Under the pieces are notes generated by a model. The model had not been told where the DNA came from. It searched no databases and saw only the letters and a list, made by a program, of their open reading frames with translations. A stretch of 63,222 bases of DNA, filler included, from Octopus bimaculoides (taxonomy: Eukaryota), in assembly GCF_001194135.2 (NCBI RefSeq). It is 8 parts of 8 records of this genome, joined end to end, with 100 filler letters (N's around TTAATTAATTAA, not from the genome) between each part and the next. Parts side by side here need not be neighbours in the genome. Positions count along the whole stretch, not along the records: positions 46,519 to 54,728 come from NC_068990.1; positions 54,829 to 57,282 come from NC_068984.1; positions 57,383 to 59,651 come from NW_026407243.1; positions 59,752 to 61,978 come from NC_068982.1; positions 62,079 to 63,222 come from NW_026358293.1; 3 more parts are not named here. One strand, given 5' to 3'. A program made the position numbers and the translations under genes. Position 1 is the first letter of the stretch, and each line of letters starts with the position of its first letter. Shown in pieces: positions 53,671-63,222 of this stretch.

Positions 53671-53771
53671 ATAATATCGGGTCTTTTAAATCCATTTATT
53701 TTAAAAGGCATGCAACATTTCTTCGGTTGGAATTGGACGTTTTTCTTCTTTGAAGTCATCGGTTTTATCGG
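53671..53771 (+). CDS. MFS transporter (OFA-like), exon E: TM11 end and TM12, with apparent +1 frameshift
   Basis: ttttattttatag| acceptor. Frame 0 reads IISGLLNPFILKGMQHF then stops at TGA 53752-53754. The shifted frame reads FFGWNWTFFFFEVIGFI up to a |gtgggt donor at 53772. Removing one T from the T4 run at 53718-53721 joins the two into a sensible TM11-TM12 sequence. Confidence 0.7.
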
Positions 53772-53799
53772 TGGGTATAAACCAGTTCATTACCTTAAT

Positions 53800-53965
53800 T
53801 TCCATATGGATCCATGTTCAGTCCCACTGTGTGGCACTTTGGGCAAGTGTCTTCTATTATAGCTTCGGGCTGACTAAGCTTTGTGAACTCAGGGGTGGCT
53901 GCGTGGTACGAAGCTTGCTTCCCAACCAGATGGTTCCGGGTTCAGTCCCACTGCGTGGCACCTTG
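53800..53965 (+). mobile_element. Two tandem SINE family A heads
   Basis: ttcagtcccactg.gtggcac.ttg occurs at 53817 and at 53941. Confidence 0.8.
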
Positions 53966-54690
53966 TTTATTAGAGGCTGCTATGATAGATTCGAAGTTGG
54001 GTGGAGCAGAATAGGATAGTTTCAGGGTAGATCTATTAAAGATAGAATGATAATTATGTTGAAGAGGGAAGTTGGAGGCTAGTATTTTAAAGAAGGATTT
54101 AGCTAAGTTCTTAACGTTAAGTGAGAAGTGGGGTATGTACCACAGAATAGAGCGTCCACCACTTTTTCAGGGTATCTAGGAATAGTGCTTTCAATGTTTT
54201 CGGAGAATGGAGTGCTATCTATATTTTTGGTGAATGGAGGAGGTTGGCAGGGCCTGTTGTTGTTAGCTGTTTTAGTTGTTATAGTTTTTGACCTAGCGTT
54301 CAATGTATGCGCGTGAGGTCCAGGTTGTGTAGGTGTAAGATCTTCCGGGGTTCTATCAAGGAGTGTATTTGGGTGTGTTTGGTCGGTTGCGATTTTGATG
54401 GTTGGTGCGTCTTTGAGATGTGATTTGGGATTTGAGATATATATTGTTTGAGCCTGGAGTTATGGATGTATTTTATTTGTTAGGAGAAGCCGCTAGCGGT
54501 GAGTGCTTGATTTTAATATGGTGTGTGGTTATTGAAAATTTCCTCACTGGAAGAGAGGTCGGATATACGGGTTGAGATACCCTCGATTGTGTTACTAAAA
54601 GTGGATTTGTGGTGATTGGAAAGGATGTTAAGGTATTTAAGATATTGAATAGGTTTGTGGTAAGGGGAGTATTGGGAGGTTGATTTACTA
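53966..54690 (-). mobile_element. Penelope-like element fragment (Penelope/Poseidon type): RT thumb and linker
   Basis: PYHKPIQYLKYLNILSNHHKSTFSNTIEGISTRISDLSSSEEIFNNHTPY*NQALTASGF and RSILWYIPHFSLNVKNLAKSFFKILASNFPLQHNYHSIFNRSTLKLSYS, matching the PLE WFNPP.S.NV..NIG..FL..I...FP..H..HKIFNR.T.K.SYS pattern. Confidence 0.85.
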
Positions 54691-55177
54691 TACATACATA
54701 ATATCTATATCTATATATATATATATATNNNNNNNNNNNNNNNNNNNNNNNNNNNNNNNNNNNNNNNNNNNNTTAATTAATTAANNNNNNNNNNNNNNNN
54801 NNNNNNNNNNNNNNNNNNNNNNNNNNNNATATATATAAACAAATAGTAAATGAGTATATGCATACATACGTACAGGTATGTGCATACCGACATCCACCTG
54901 TATGTATAGGTGCATATCTGGGTACAGGACATTGCAAACAAAACAGAGACGAGAAAACACACAAGCCACATAGAGAACATTCTACTTCATCAGCTACCTC
55001 CGTTTTAACACCGGCGTTTCTATGCATTCGTTTTGCAAGATTCTTGATGTGAACTCGTGTGTTGAAACAGAAATTGTATTTGGGGATGCTCATATTGCCA
55101 ATCTAGCCAATGAAAACACGCGCACTATTTATTCGGTGTTTGCTTGCTTCAGCTTTATTTCATATTAATTATATTTC

Positions 55178-55222
55178 GACCAGAGTTCTTTCGTTACACT
55201 TCTGTGACCTCATCAGTATTCC
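55178..55222 (-). ncRNA. Candidate minimal hammerhead ribozyme (3' pLTR copy)
   Basis: GGAAUA-CUGAUGA-GGUCACAGAAGUGUAAC-GAAA-GAACUC/UGGUC: catalytic core boxes, imperfect stem II, 2-bp stem III and a UC cleavage dinucleotide. Confidence 0.55.
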
Positions 55223-56577
55223 TTTGCTTTCTTCTTTCTTTTTTGTGTCTCTCCTTCCTAACGATCTGTCATTTTGTGCTCCTGTTGTATGTGTCATTAT
55301 TTGCGCATGCGTAAATCCCTGTATGTGTCTATATTTGGGAAGTGTGTGTGGGAATATGTATGATACCTGCATTATTTTTACTTCTATGTTGTTGAGTGAG
55401 CCCCCGTGTTCAAGCTCGGCATCTTAGTATAATACCGACGAGCTCTTCTCTGCCTTGAGTTCCCTCCAATGCACATTAACCCGCTCTCCTATGCTACGAT
55501 CTATCTCCCCCACGTACGTCGTTGTCTTTGTACATCTTATTACAGTTTGTTAGTGGGCTAACTCTACATACAATACAAGGGGTTCTATTAAAAGGGTAGG
55601 TTCTACCGATTAGGGATTTGATAGGGTTACCTAACCTTTCTACAACCTTAATTCTTAGCTTAAGCTTGTCTAGGGCCCTTCTAAAGCGGTACGTCAATTC
55701 GCCTCTAGGGGTGGTGTCGACGAACATGACACTCTGGTATTTGTCGCAATCATACCATGAGTTAGCCTTCCCTATTTTCTTCTTAGCCGTTTCAATGATA
55801 TTCCATGACTTGCTCCTATAGAGTGGGTAAATTCCATTTCTATCGTTACCTATGATAGTTTCAAATTTCCTCATGGCTCCTTTATATATTCTGATCCTTT
55901 CTCTATGGCTGTTTCATGAGAAAGCATGTGGTGGACGAAATGTTGTATGTGTCTCTCTAACTCTGTAGGGCCGCACATGTGGGGAGACATTTCTCATTAC
56001 TCTGATGAGGTCTGCCATCAATATATTGAATTTGGCATTGTGCGCAATAGCCGAGTTCCGGTGGATCAGTTATTTGGAAGCCATAGGTTTTGTATAGTGT
56101 GAATGGAGGATTTGGGTTTTATTATTCACTGCTTCCAGCCAGTGTTCTGCATCTAGTACTAGTAGTCTATAGTAAGGGTGTTTCGTAGGGTAGTCTATCG
56201 TGACCTTAATACTCTGGTGGATGGAGTTAGCTATTTGGTGGATGCTCTCCATAGTATTAGTTTCTATTTCTAGTTCAACGTTACTGTTTTGTGGGTGGGG
56301 TCTTTACTACTATGTTGATATCATCGACGTAGCGGGAGTACATGTTCATGAGTATGGAGTTCTGTGCCAGGCGTTCTTTAAGCCTCCTGTCCCACCATAC
56401 CATTAAAAGGTTGGCCACATCACCGGCAATGCTTACCCACATTCCCACACACACACTTACCAAACATAGACACACACAGGGATATACGCATGCGCAAATA
56501 AAGACACATGCAACAGGAACACAAAATGACAGATCGTTAGGAAGGAGAGACACAAGAAAAGAAAGAAGAAAGCAAAG

Positions 56578-56621
56578 GACCACTGATGAGGTCACAGAAG
56601 TGTAACGAAAGAATTCTGGCT
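56578..56621 (+). ncRNA. Candidate minimal hammerhead ribozyme (inverted pLTR copy)
   Basis: GACCA-CUGAUGA-GGUCACAGAAGUGUAAC-GAAA-GAAUUC/UGGCU. The consensus of the two copies gives a perfect 5-bp stem I, GACCA/UGGUC. Confidence 0.55.
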
Positions 56622-56794
56622 GAAATATAATTAATATGAAATAAAACTGAAGCAAGCGAACCATCCCCAAATATAACAATACATATGTATGTGTGTGGGG
56701 GGGGGGTGTACGTGTGTGTGTGTATATGTAGGGGTTGGGTGTATATGTGTATGTATAAAAATATTTTACAAGCATGTATATAGANNNNNNNNNN

Positions 56795-56825
<31 letters not shown>

Positions 56826-57797
56826 ATATCTATATATTATATATACAATTGTGTGTATATATATATATACATATATTTGTGTGTATATGTAGGGGTTGGG
56901 TGTATATGTGTATGTATAAAAATATTTTACAAGCATGTATATAGAGAGGGATATATGTGTGTATGTGTCTGTGTGTGAATCTATGCACACATGTGCGTGC
57001 ATGTGGAGTGAAGGGGCTAGAAATTGTGGCGCCCTCTATTCCATTCTAGTCTACCTCCTCCTGAGGTAGTTTCTTCTGATGTCAATTAAGGTTCCGGTAA
57101 AAGGAGTAACTATTGGAACAACTATAACCGTGTGGTGTGTGCATTATGACGTAGTGGAGCTAATGTGGGTTGCAATGGTGAGGGCGGGAGTTGTAGGTCG
57201 TGCTTAATGGCGGTTGTGGTAATGGTAATGGTGGAGGCGGTGGTGGTGAAGGTGATGGTGGTGGAGGCGGTGGTGGTGGTGGNNNNNNNNNNNNNNNNNN
57301 NNNNNNNNNNNNNNNNNNNNNNNNNNTTAATTAATTAANNNNNNNNNNNNNNNNNNNNNNNNNNNNNNNNNNNNNNNNNNNNGCTGAAAGGAATTAAAAA
57401 AAAAAAATAGCGAATGCAAAAGCCAACAACATACAATCTTCTTCTCCTGATGTCCTCCCCCAACACCCTGCCTCCAACATCCTCCCCTATCTCCCTTTCC
57501 TTCTTTCTAACACCCTCCCTCCAAAATGGTATCTTTATTGATGATAAAGTGATTTTGTTAGGTAGGTTTTGTAGTGAAATACTACAAGCTACTCTCACAA
57601 AATAAACTAATAAATAAACAAACAAATAAATGAATAAAACAAAAAAAATCTACAAAGACCTCCAATAACTTATGTTTTCTTTGCCAATTGGATAAACATG
57701 CACCAAAGTGATGAAGCTCAATTTCAATAGATAATTATTTCTGTAAAGGTTATAAAGATGTTGTTAAGTAGTGCTCATATTTTTGATCTTCATTTCA

Positions 57798-57985
57798 CAG
57801 CATGGCTGTGTGGTAAGAAGCTTGCATCCCAACCACATAGTTCCAGGTTCAGTCCCACTGCATAAGACTCTGGGCAAGTGTCTTCTACTATAGCATTTGG
57901 TGGACCAAAGCTTTGTGAGTGGATTTGGTAGATAGAAACTGAGAGAAGCCCATCCTATATATGTATATATAAATGAGTTATAAAC

Positions 57986-58023
<38 letters not shown>

Positions 58024-58404
58024 ATCTATCTATCTTTCTATCTATCTATATGTAAGTAGCTTGCTTACCAACCACATGGTTCCGGGTTCAGTCCCACTGT
58101 GTGGCACCTTGGGCAAGTGTCTTCTGCTATAGCCTCGGGCCGACCAAAGCCTTGTGAGTGGATTTGGTAGATGGAAACTGAAAGAAGCCTGTCGTATATA
58201 TGTATATGTAAATATATATATGTGTGTTTGTGTGTCTGTGTTTGTCCCCCCAACATCGCTTAACAACTGATGGTGGTGTGTTTACGTCCCCGTAACTTAG
58301 CGGTTTGGCAAAAGAGACCGATAGAATAAGTACTAGGCTTACAAAGAATAAGTCCTGGGGTCGATTTGCTCGACTAAAGGCGGTGCTCCAGTATGGCCAC
58401 AGTC
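57798..58404 (+). mobile_element. Two SINE family A copies in tandem (57798-57960 5' half; 58050-58404 near full length)
   Basis: Both have the ggtaag.agcttgc..ccaaccaca..gttcc.ggttcagtcccactg head and the gtgagtggatttggtaga core. Confidence 0.9.
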
Positions 58405-58446
58405 ANNNNNNNNNNNNNNNNNNNNNNNNNNNNNNNNNNNNNNNNN

Positions 58447-58482
<36 letters not shown>

Positions 58483-58551
58483 AATTAAAGGTAATGCTAT
58501 GCTCTACTTCATAATAATCCTTATTATTATTATTATTAATATTATTATTAC

Positions 58552-58592
<41 letters not shown>

Positions 58593-58616
58593 GTATATAT
58601 ATGTATATACATAGGT

Positions 58617-58960
58617 GAGAGTGTATGACCTAGTGGCTAGGGTGCTCTAATCATGATCACGAGATTGTGGTTTCAATTCCTAGACTGTGTGTTGTGGTAT
58701 GTTCTAGAGCAAAATCCTTCATCTCATCTTATTCTGTGATCACTTTGACATCTGATGCATGGTGCACGAACATTTAATCATTATAAACAAATCATTTGTG
58801 CAGGTCGTTTGGCAAAAAGCTGAATGCTCATATGACAGAAGAGTCCATCATATCTATATACAGGAAGGACTGAGCTGTCAGTTAGTCAGGCACTACCTGA
58901 GGGCCCAGAGCTCTGAGGGCTTCGCACTCTACATGTTAACTCTACTAAAACATTCAAAGG
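58617..58960 (+). mobile_element. SINE family D-related long copy
   Basis: gacctagtggctagggtg...gtggtttcaattcct...tagagcaaaatccttcatctca head followed by a unique tail. Confidence 0.55.
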
Positions 58961-59037
58961 AACACTGTAAACAGTTATGCCCGAGGGCCCTTAATACTCT
59001 CAGTCCGCCCATCTCTCTCTCTATATATATGTTTGTG

Positions 59038-59113
<76 letters not shown>

Positions 59114-59164
59114 AACATATATATACAAACATGTATATACATGTGTGTGTGTGTGTGTGTGTGT

Positions 59165-60630
59165 GTGGATGTGTGTGTTTGTCCCCCCACCTTTGCTTGA
59201 CAACCAGTGTTGATGTGTTTACCTCCCTATAACTTAACAGTTTTGCAAAAAGTTTGGTAGAAAAAATAAATAAATAAGTACTGGAGTCAATTCGTTAAAG
59301 GGGTGCCCCAGCATGGCCACAGTTTAATGAACAAAACGATAAAGGATATGTTTCACCATACAGACAAAAGAAACTAAAGTGCCTTGGGCAAATATATTAA
59401 TAGAATGCAAGCAACATGATAGAGTGAGCTGTATAAATTTCTCTGTCAGTAAACCTTACCATAATGATCCCAAGAAAGTACAGAAATAGGAATGGCACCA
59501 GCTTGTCTGCAATGCAAACATAATCTGAGAGACTTATCCATGGAGAAATAGAATGTCAGCTGTAAATATATGATCTTACTTATTGTATTATGTATATGTA
59601 AGATGTGTGTGCGAAAACGCATGTATACGCAAACATGTGTATGGTGTATGTNNNNNNNNNNNNNNNNNNNNNNNNNNNNNNNNNNNNNNNNNNNNTTAAT
59701 TAATTAANNNNNNNNNNNNNNNNNNNNNNNNNNNNNNNNNNNNNNNNNNNNTATATATAGTCTTTTACACTTTGATTGTGGCCATGCTGGAGTACCGCTT
59801 TCAGTCGAACAAATCGGCCCCACGACTTATTCTTTGTAAGCCTAGTTCTTATTCTATCGGTCTCTTTTGCTGAACCAGTAAGTTACGGGGATGTAAACCC
59901 ACCAACATCGGTTGTCAAGCGCTGATGGGGGGACAAATAGAACACACAAATACACACACAGACACATACGCACGCTCACACACACACATATATACGACAG
60001 GCTTCTTTCAGTTTCCGTCTACCAAATCCACTCACAAGGCTTCGGCCGGCCAGAGGCTATAGTAGAAGACACTTGCTCAAGGCGCCACTCTGTGGAACAC
60101 AAGCCGGAAGCATGTGGTTGGGAAGCAAGCACTTTGCCACACAGCCGCATATATAATATCTAAATATTATGTGTGTGTATGTGCGTGTATGCGTGAATGT
60201 GTGTGTGTTTGTGTGCGTTTATGAATGTGTGCGTGTAAGTGATTGTATCTCTGCAAGAAGTTTGCTTCCAAACCACGTGGTTCCGAATGAAGTCCTACTG
60301 CGTAGTACTATATTAGATGCTATATTAGAGAACACGTGCCCAAGATGCCAAAAGAACAATGTGGTTGGAAAACAAATTCCTTGTGTGTGTGTATGTGTGC
60401 GTGTGTGTGTGCATGTGTGTGTGTGTGTGTAACTTGGTGCTGGTATTTGTCCCACACCACAATCACTTGACAACTGGTGTTGGTTTGTTTAACCGAGCTT
60501 TTCGGCAAAAGGTAACGATGAAATAAGTACAAGGCTTCAAAAATTAAGTACTGGGTTCGATTTACTCGACTAAACCCTTTAAGGTGTTGCCCCTACATGG
60601 TCACAATCCAACCACTGAAACAAAAGAGTA
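59165..60630. mobile_element. Further SINE family A copies (59165-59340 +, 59760-60150 -, 60240-60630 +)
   Basis: Each carries recognisable family A head and/or tail motifs (gcatggcc.cagt, gaaataagtac, ttgacaac). Confidence 0.8.
59460..59559 (-). CDS. Candidate internal exon of an unidentified - strand gene
   Basis: On the - strand: atatttacag| acceptor, 100 nt with one open frame LTFYFSMDKSLRLCLHCRQAGAIPISVLSWDHY+G, donor |gtaagg. Unique, non-repetitive sequence; family not recognised. Confidence 0.45.
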
Positions 60631-61091
60631 AGGAATATGTACACGTAGCTTGTAAAGGCGATTTAGCTTCTTTCAATTTCCCTTATATATATATATATAT
60701 ATATATNNNNNNNNNNNNNNNNNNNNNNNNNNNNNNNNNNNNNNNNNNNNNNNNNNNNNNNNNNNNNNNNNNNNNNNNNNNNNNNNNNNNNNNNNNNNNN
60801 NNNNNNNNNNNNNNNNNNNNNNNNNNNNNNNNNNNNNNNNNNNNNNNNNNNNNNNNNNNNNNNNNNNNNNNNNNNNNNNNNNNNNNNNNNNNNNNNNNNN
60901 NNNNNNNNNNNNNNNNNNNNNNNNNNNNNNNNNNNNNNNNNNNNNNNNNNNNNNNNNNNNNNNNNNNNNNNNNNNNNNNNNNNNNNNNNNNNNNNNNNNN
61001 NNNNNNNNNNNNNNNNNNNNNNNNNNNNNNNNNNNNNNNNNNNNNNNNNNNNNNNNNNNNNNNNNNNNNNNNNNNNNNNNNNNNNNNNNNN

Positions 61092-61149
<58 letters not shown>

Positions 61150-61461
61150 GAAAGGTATAATGAATAAACGCTCCAATCGGTCAAAACAACTTTATATCAT
61201 TCCCAAATTAACATTAATCGAATATACATATATATTAAAATAATAGGGAGCTCAATGGTTAAACCCAACAGTATAAAATATGCACATATACACGAATAAA
61301 AGGTGATAAAACCTAAAAGAGTAATACGAATGAAGTCGAATGAAGAAAAATATATGGAATAAATTAATGCATAATAAAGGCGACTTAAAATTTAATGGAG
61401 CTAAAATATAAATATAAATATATAAAAATACAAGAGTATAAATATAAAAAAATAAGGTGTA

Positions 61462-61689
61462 AGGTTACTAGAACAGAGTCCATTTATGCCCATCTCTACG
61501 ATGTTTCAAAGGAAGTTGCTTCAATAGATGCAATGTAATAACCAGAAATGTGAAGCCTTTCTAAGTTTTCTCCTGATGAAAAGGTGTTGACGTTGGATTT
61601 CTTTAATGGATTGCACATTAGCGCTGTAAAGCAGCATCCTTTGAAACGATCGTAGAGATGGGCTTGAATGGACTCTTTTCTGGTTATCT
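61462..61689. mobile_element. MITE (~230 bp) with ~60-bp terminal inverted repeats and TA flanks
   Basis: aggttactagaacagagtccatttatgcccatctctacgatgtttcaaaggaagttgct pairs with agcagcatcctttgaaacgatcgtagagatgggcttgaatggactcttttctggttatct. Confidence 0.8.
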
Positions 61690-61719
61690 TATACTTTATT
61701 ACACTCTTGGATTTTTATA

Positions 61720-61937
61720 TTACTCTTTTACTCTTTTGCTTGTTTCAGTCTTTTGACTGTGGCCATGCTGGAGCACCGCCTTTAGTCGAGCAAATCGACC
61801 CCAGGACTTATTATTTCGAAGCCTAGTACTTATTCTATCGGTCTCTTTTGCCGAACCGCTAAGTTACGGGGACATAAACACACCAGCATCGGTTGTCAAG
61901 CGAAGTTGGGGGGACAAACACAGACATACAAACACAT

Positions 61938-61971
<34 letters not shown>

Positions 61972-61980
61972 ATATATANN
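61720..61980 (-). mobile_element. SINE family A 3' half, young copy
   Basis: gtggccatgctggagcaccgcctttagtcgagcaaatcgaccccaggacttatt...cggttgtcaagcg. Confidence 0.92.
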
Positions 61981-62194
61981 NNNNNNNNNNNNNNNNNNNN
62001 NNNNNNNNNNNNNNNNNNNNNNTTAATTAATTAANNNNNNNNNNNNNNNNNNNNNNNNNNNNNNNNNNNNNNNNNNNNTGTCTTTATGTGTGTTTGTGTG
62101 TTACTTATACATTCGAAAACTACTGCACTGATTCTAATGAAATTTGGGGCACAAAATCCAAGTCTAGGGAGAAGGGTAATGCTGTATGTTTCAT

Positions 62195-62760
62195 ACATTT
62201 TCATGAATAGATCCTTATGATATTTACTGAATGGATCCTTATGATATTTGGAACTTAGATTTATTTCATAAGGGCGGGTATAATGCAGTATGTTTGGTTT
62301 GAATTTGGTTTAAAGGGGGAAGAACCCCCCATTAAAATTCATAAATTTTCAATGTTGATGAAATTTCGACCATAGGTAATTGATGCACATCAAGAAGTAT
62401 TCCCAAAGTTTCCGCTTCTCATGAAGATTGTAACATCCCCTGATGGGGGCCTGAACTCCCAAATTTTAGTCATTTTTTTCTGATCCAAAACTATGTCAAA
62501 AGTACTGAATGGATCTTTATAAAATTTGGAATTTATATTCTATGCATAAGGACAGATGTAACACAGTATATCTTTGAAAGTGAGGGGGCATAAATGAGGC
62601 CATAGCCCTCATGAAAATTCATATATTTTTGCTGTTGATGAAATTTTAACCATAGATATTACATGCAAATGAAGCAATATTTCTAAAATTTCAAATTCTT
62701 AGGAGTTAGTAACACCCCTTAATGGGGGCTTAACCCCCACAATTTAGTCATTTTTCCTAA
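62195..62760. repeat. Diverged tandem repeat, two units of ~280 bp
   Basis: Anchors recur at a 278-280 bp period: actgaatggatc (62226/62504), aaaattcata..ttt..tgttgatgaaattt..accatag (62334/62614), aattt.agtcattttt (62461/62741). Confidence 0.8.
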
Positions 62761-63222
62761 GCGAAGACAAATACAATTGTACTCTTGGAAGCTGTAGGGT
62801 CACCCAAGCATAAAAGATGAGCGTTATTTGTAATTCAGTGGTACAGCAGTGTAAGAGTTTGCTTTGAGATATACTTAGATTGTGATTTCTGCAATGTGGT
62901 GCATAAATTGTCAAGTAAAGGAGAGACATCTTTGCCTCCACTGATTCAGTTGCAAAGTGTTGAGTAAAGTTATTTGGTTGCAGACCTCCTTTGAATCATT
63001 TTATTATCAGAGATAGTCCCCAGATGGAAACATTGATTTCAAGGCCTTTTCAGATAAGTGACTGGTTATTCAAAGAGATTTATAGATTGCAAATTTATTC
63101 CATTCGGTTACCTATCGGCATAGTGATCATTGGCAAATTTCAGAGGTGACACTTTCATTTCGTCTTAACCCACACGTCACACAGTTGTTAATGTTTATTT
63201 GAGTTGGGTCATGCCCTTCCAA

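Larger units (their letters stand above)
55060..56660 (-). mobile_element. Second Penelope-like element (Neptune/Naiad-like sequence type): RT core to GIY-YIG, with 3' pLTR and inverted 5' pLTR copy
   Basis: - strand fragments in order: SIAGDVANLLMVWWD...YSRYVDDINIVV (RT catalytic motif), VTIDYPTKH..RLLVLD..W, HSHYTKPMASK, PLYRSKSW, SVMFVDTTPRGEL, KVVERLG, PC.VC, TTYVGEIDRSIGERVNVHW (GIY-YIG). Inverted repeats at ~55135-55365 and ~56430-56655. Confidence 0.88.

Noticed and set aside
54960-55010. Second CTGATGA on the - strand downstream of the PLE pLTR
   Set aside because: No GAAA box follows the putative stem II.
62760-63222. Protein-like fragments on the - strand at the window end
   Set aside because: All frames are interrupted by stops with no recognisable motif; possibly a decayed transposase but unsupported.

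Overview
Repeat-dense, gap-riddled segment of an animal genome scaffold. The SINE/LINE repertoire and the very heavy (CA)n/(TA)n/(TAGA)n/(TTA)n load look like an octopus (coleoid cephalopod) draft assembly; this is recognised from memory, not from a database search. Almost every ORF in the supplied track is a microsatellite or N-run artefact. One protein-coding gene is well supported: the C-terminal half of a + strand major facilitator superfamily transporter of the oxalate:formate antiporter-like type. Five exons (46558-53771) have canonical splice sites and matching phases, but the fifth carries an apparent +1 frameshift. Its N-terminal exons and its last exon were not confidently found. A possible unrelated - strand exon lies at 59460-59559. 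The rest is transposon debris: at least four tRNA-derived SINE families, CR1, RTE, R4/Dong and Hero non-LTR fragments, mariner/Tigger derivatives, several hairpin MITEs and two different Penelope-like elements (PLEs). The most notable structure is a PLE (55060-56660) flanked by ~230-bp inverted repeats, each holding a candidate minimal hammerhead ribozyme core. No rRNA, bona fide tRNA or CRISPR array is present.
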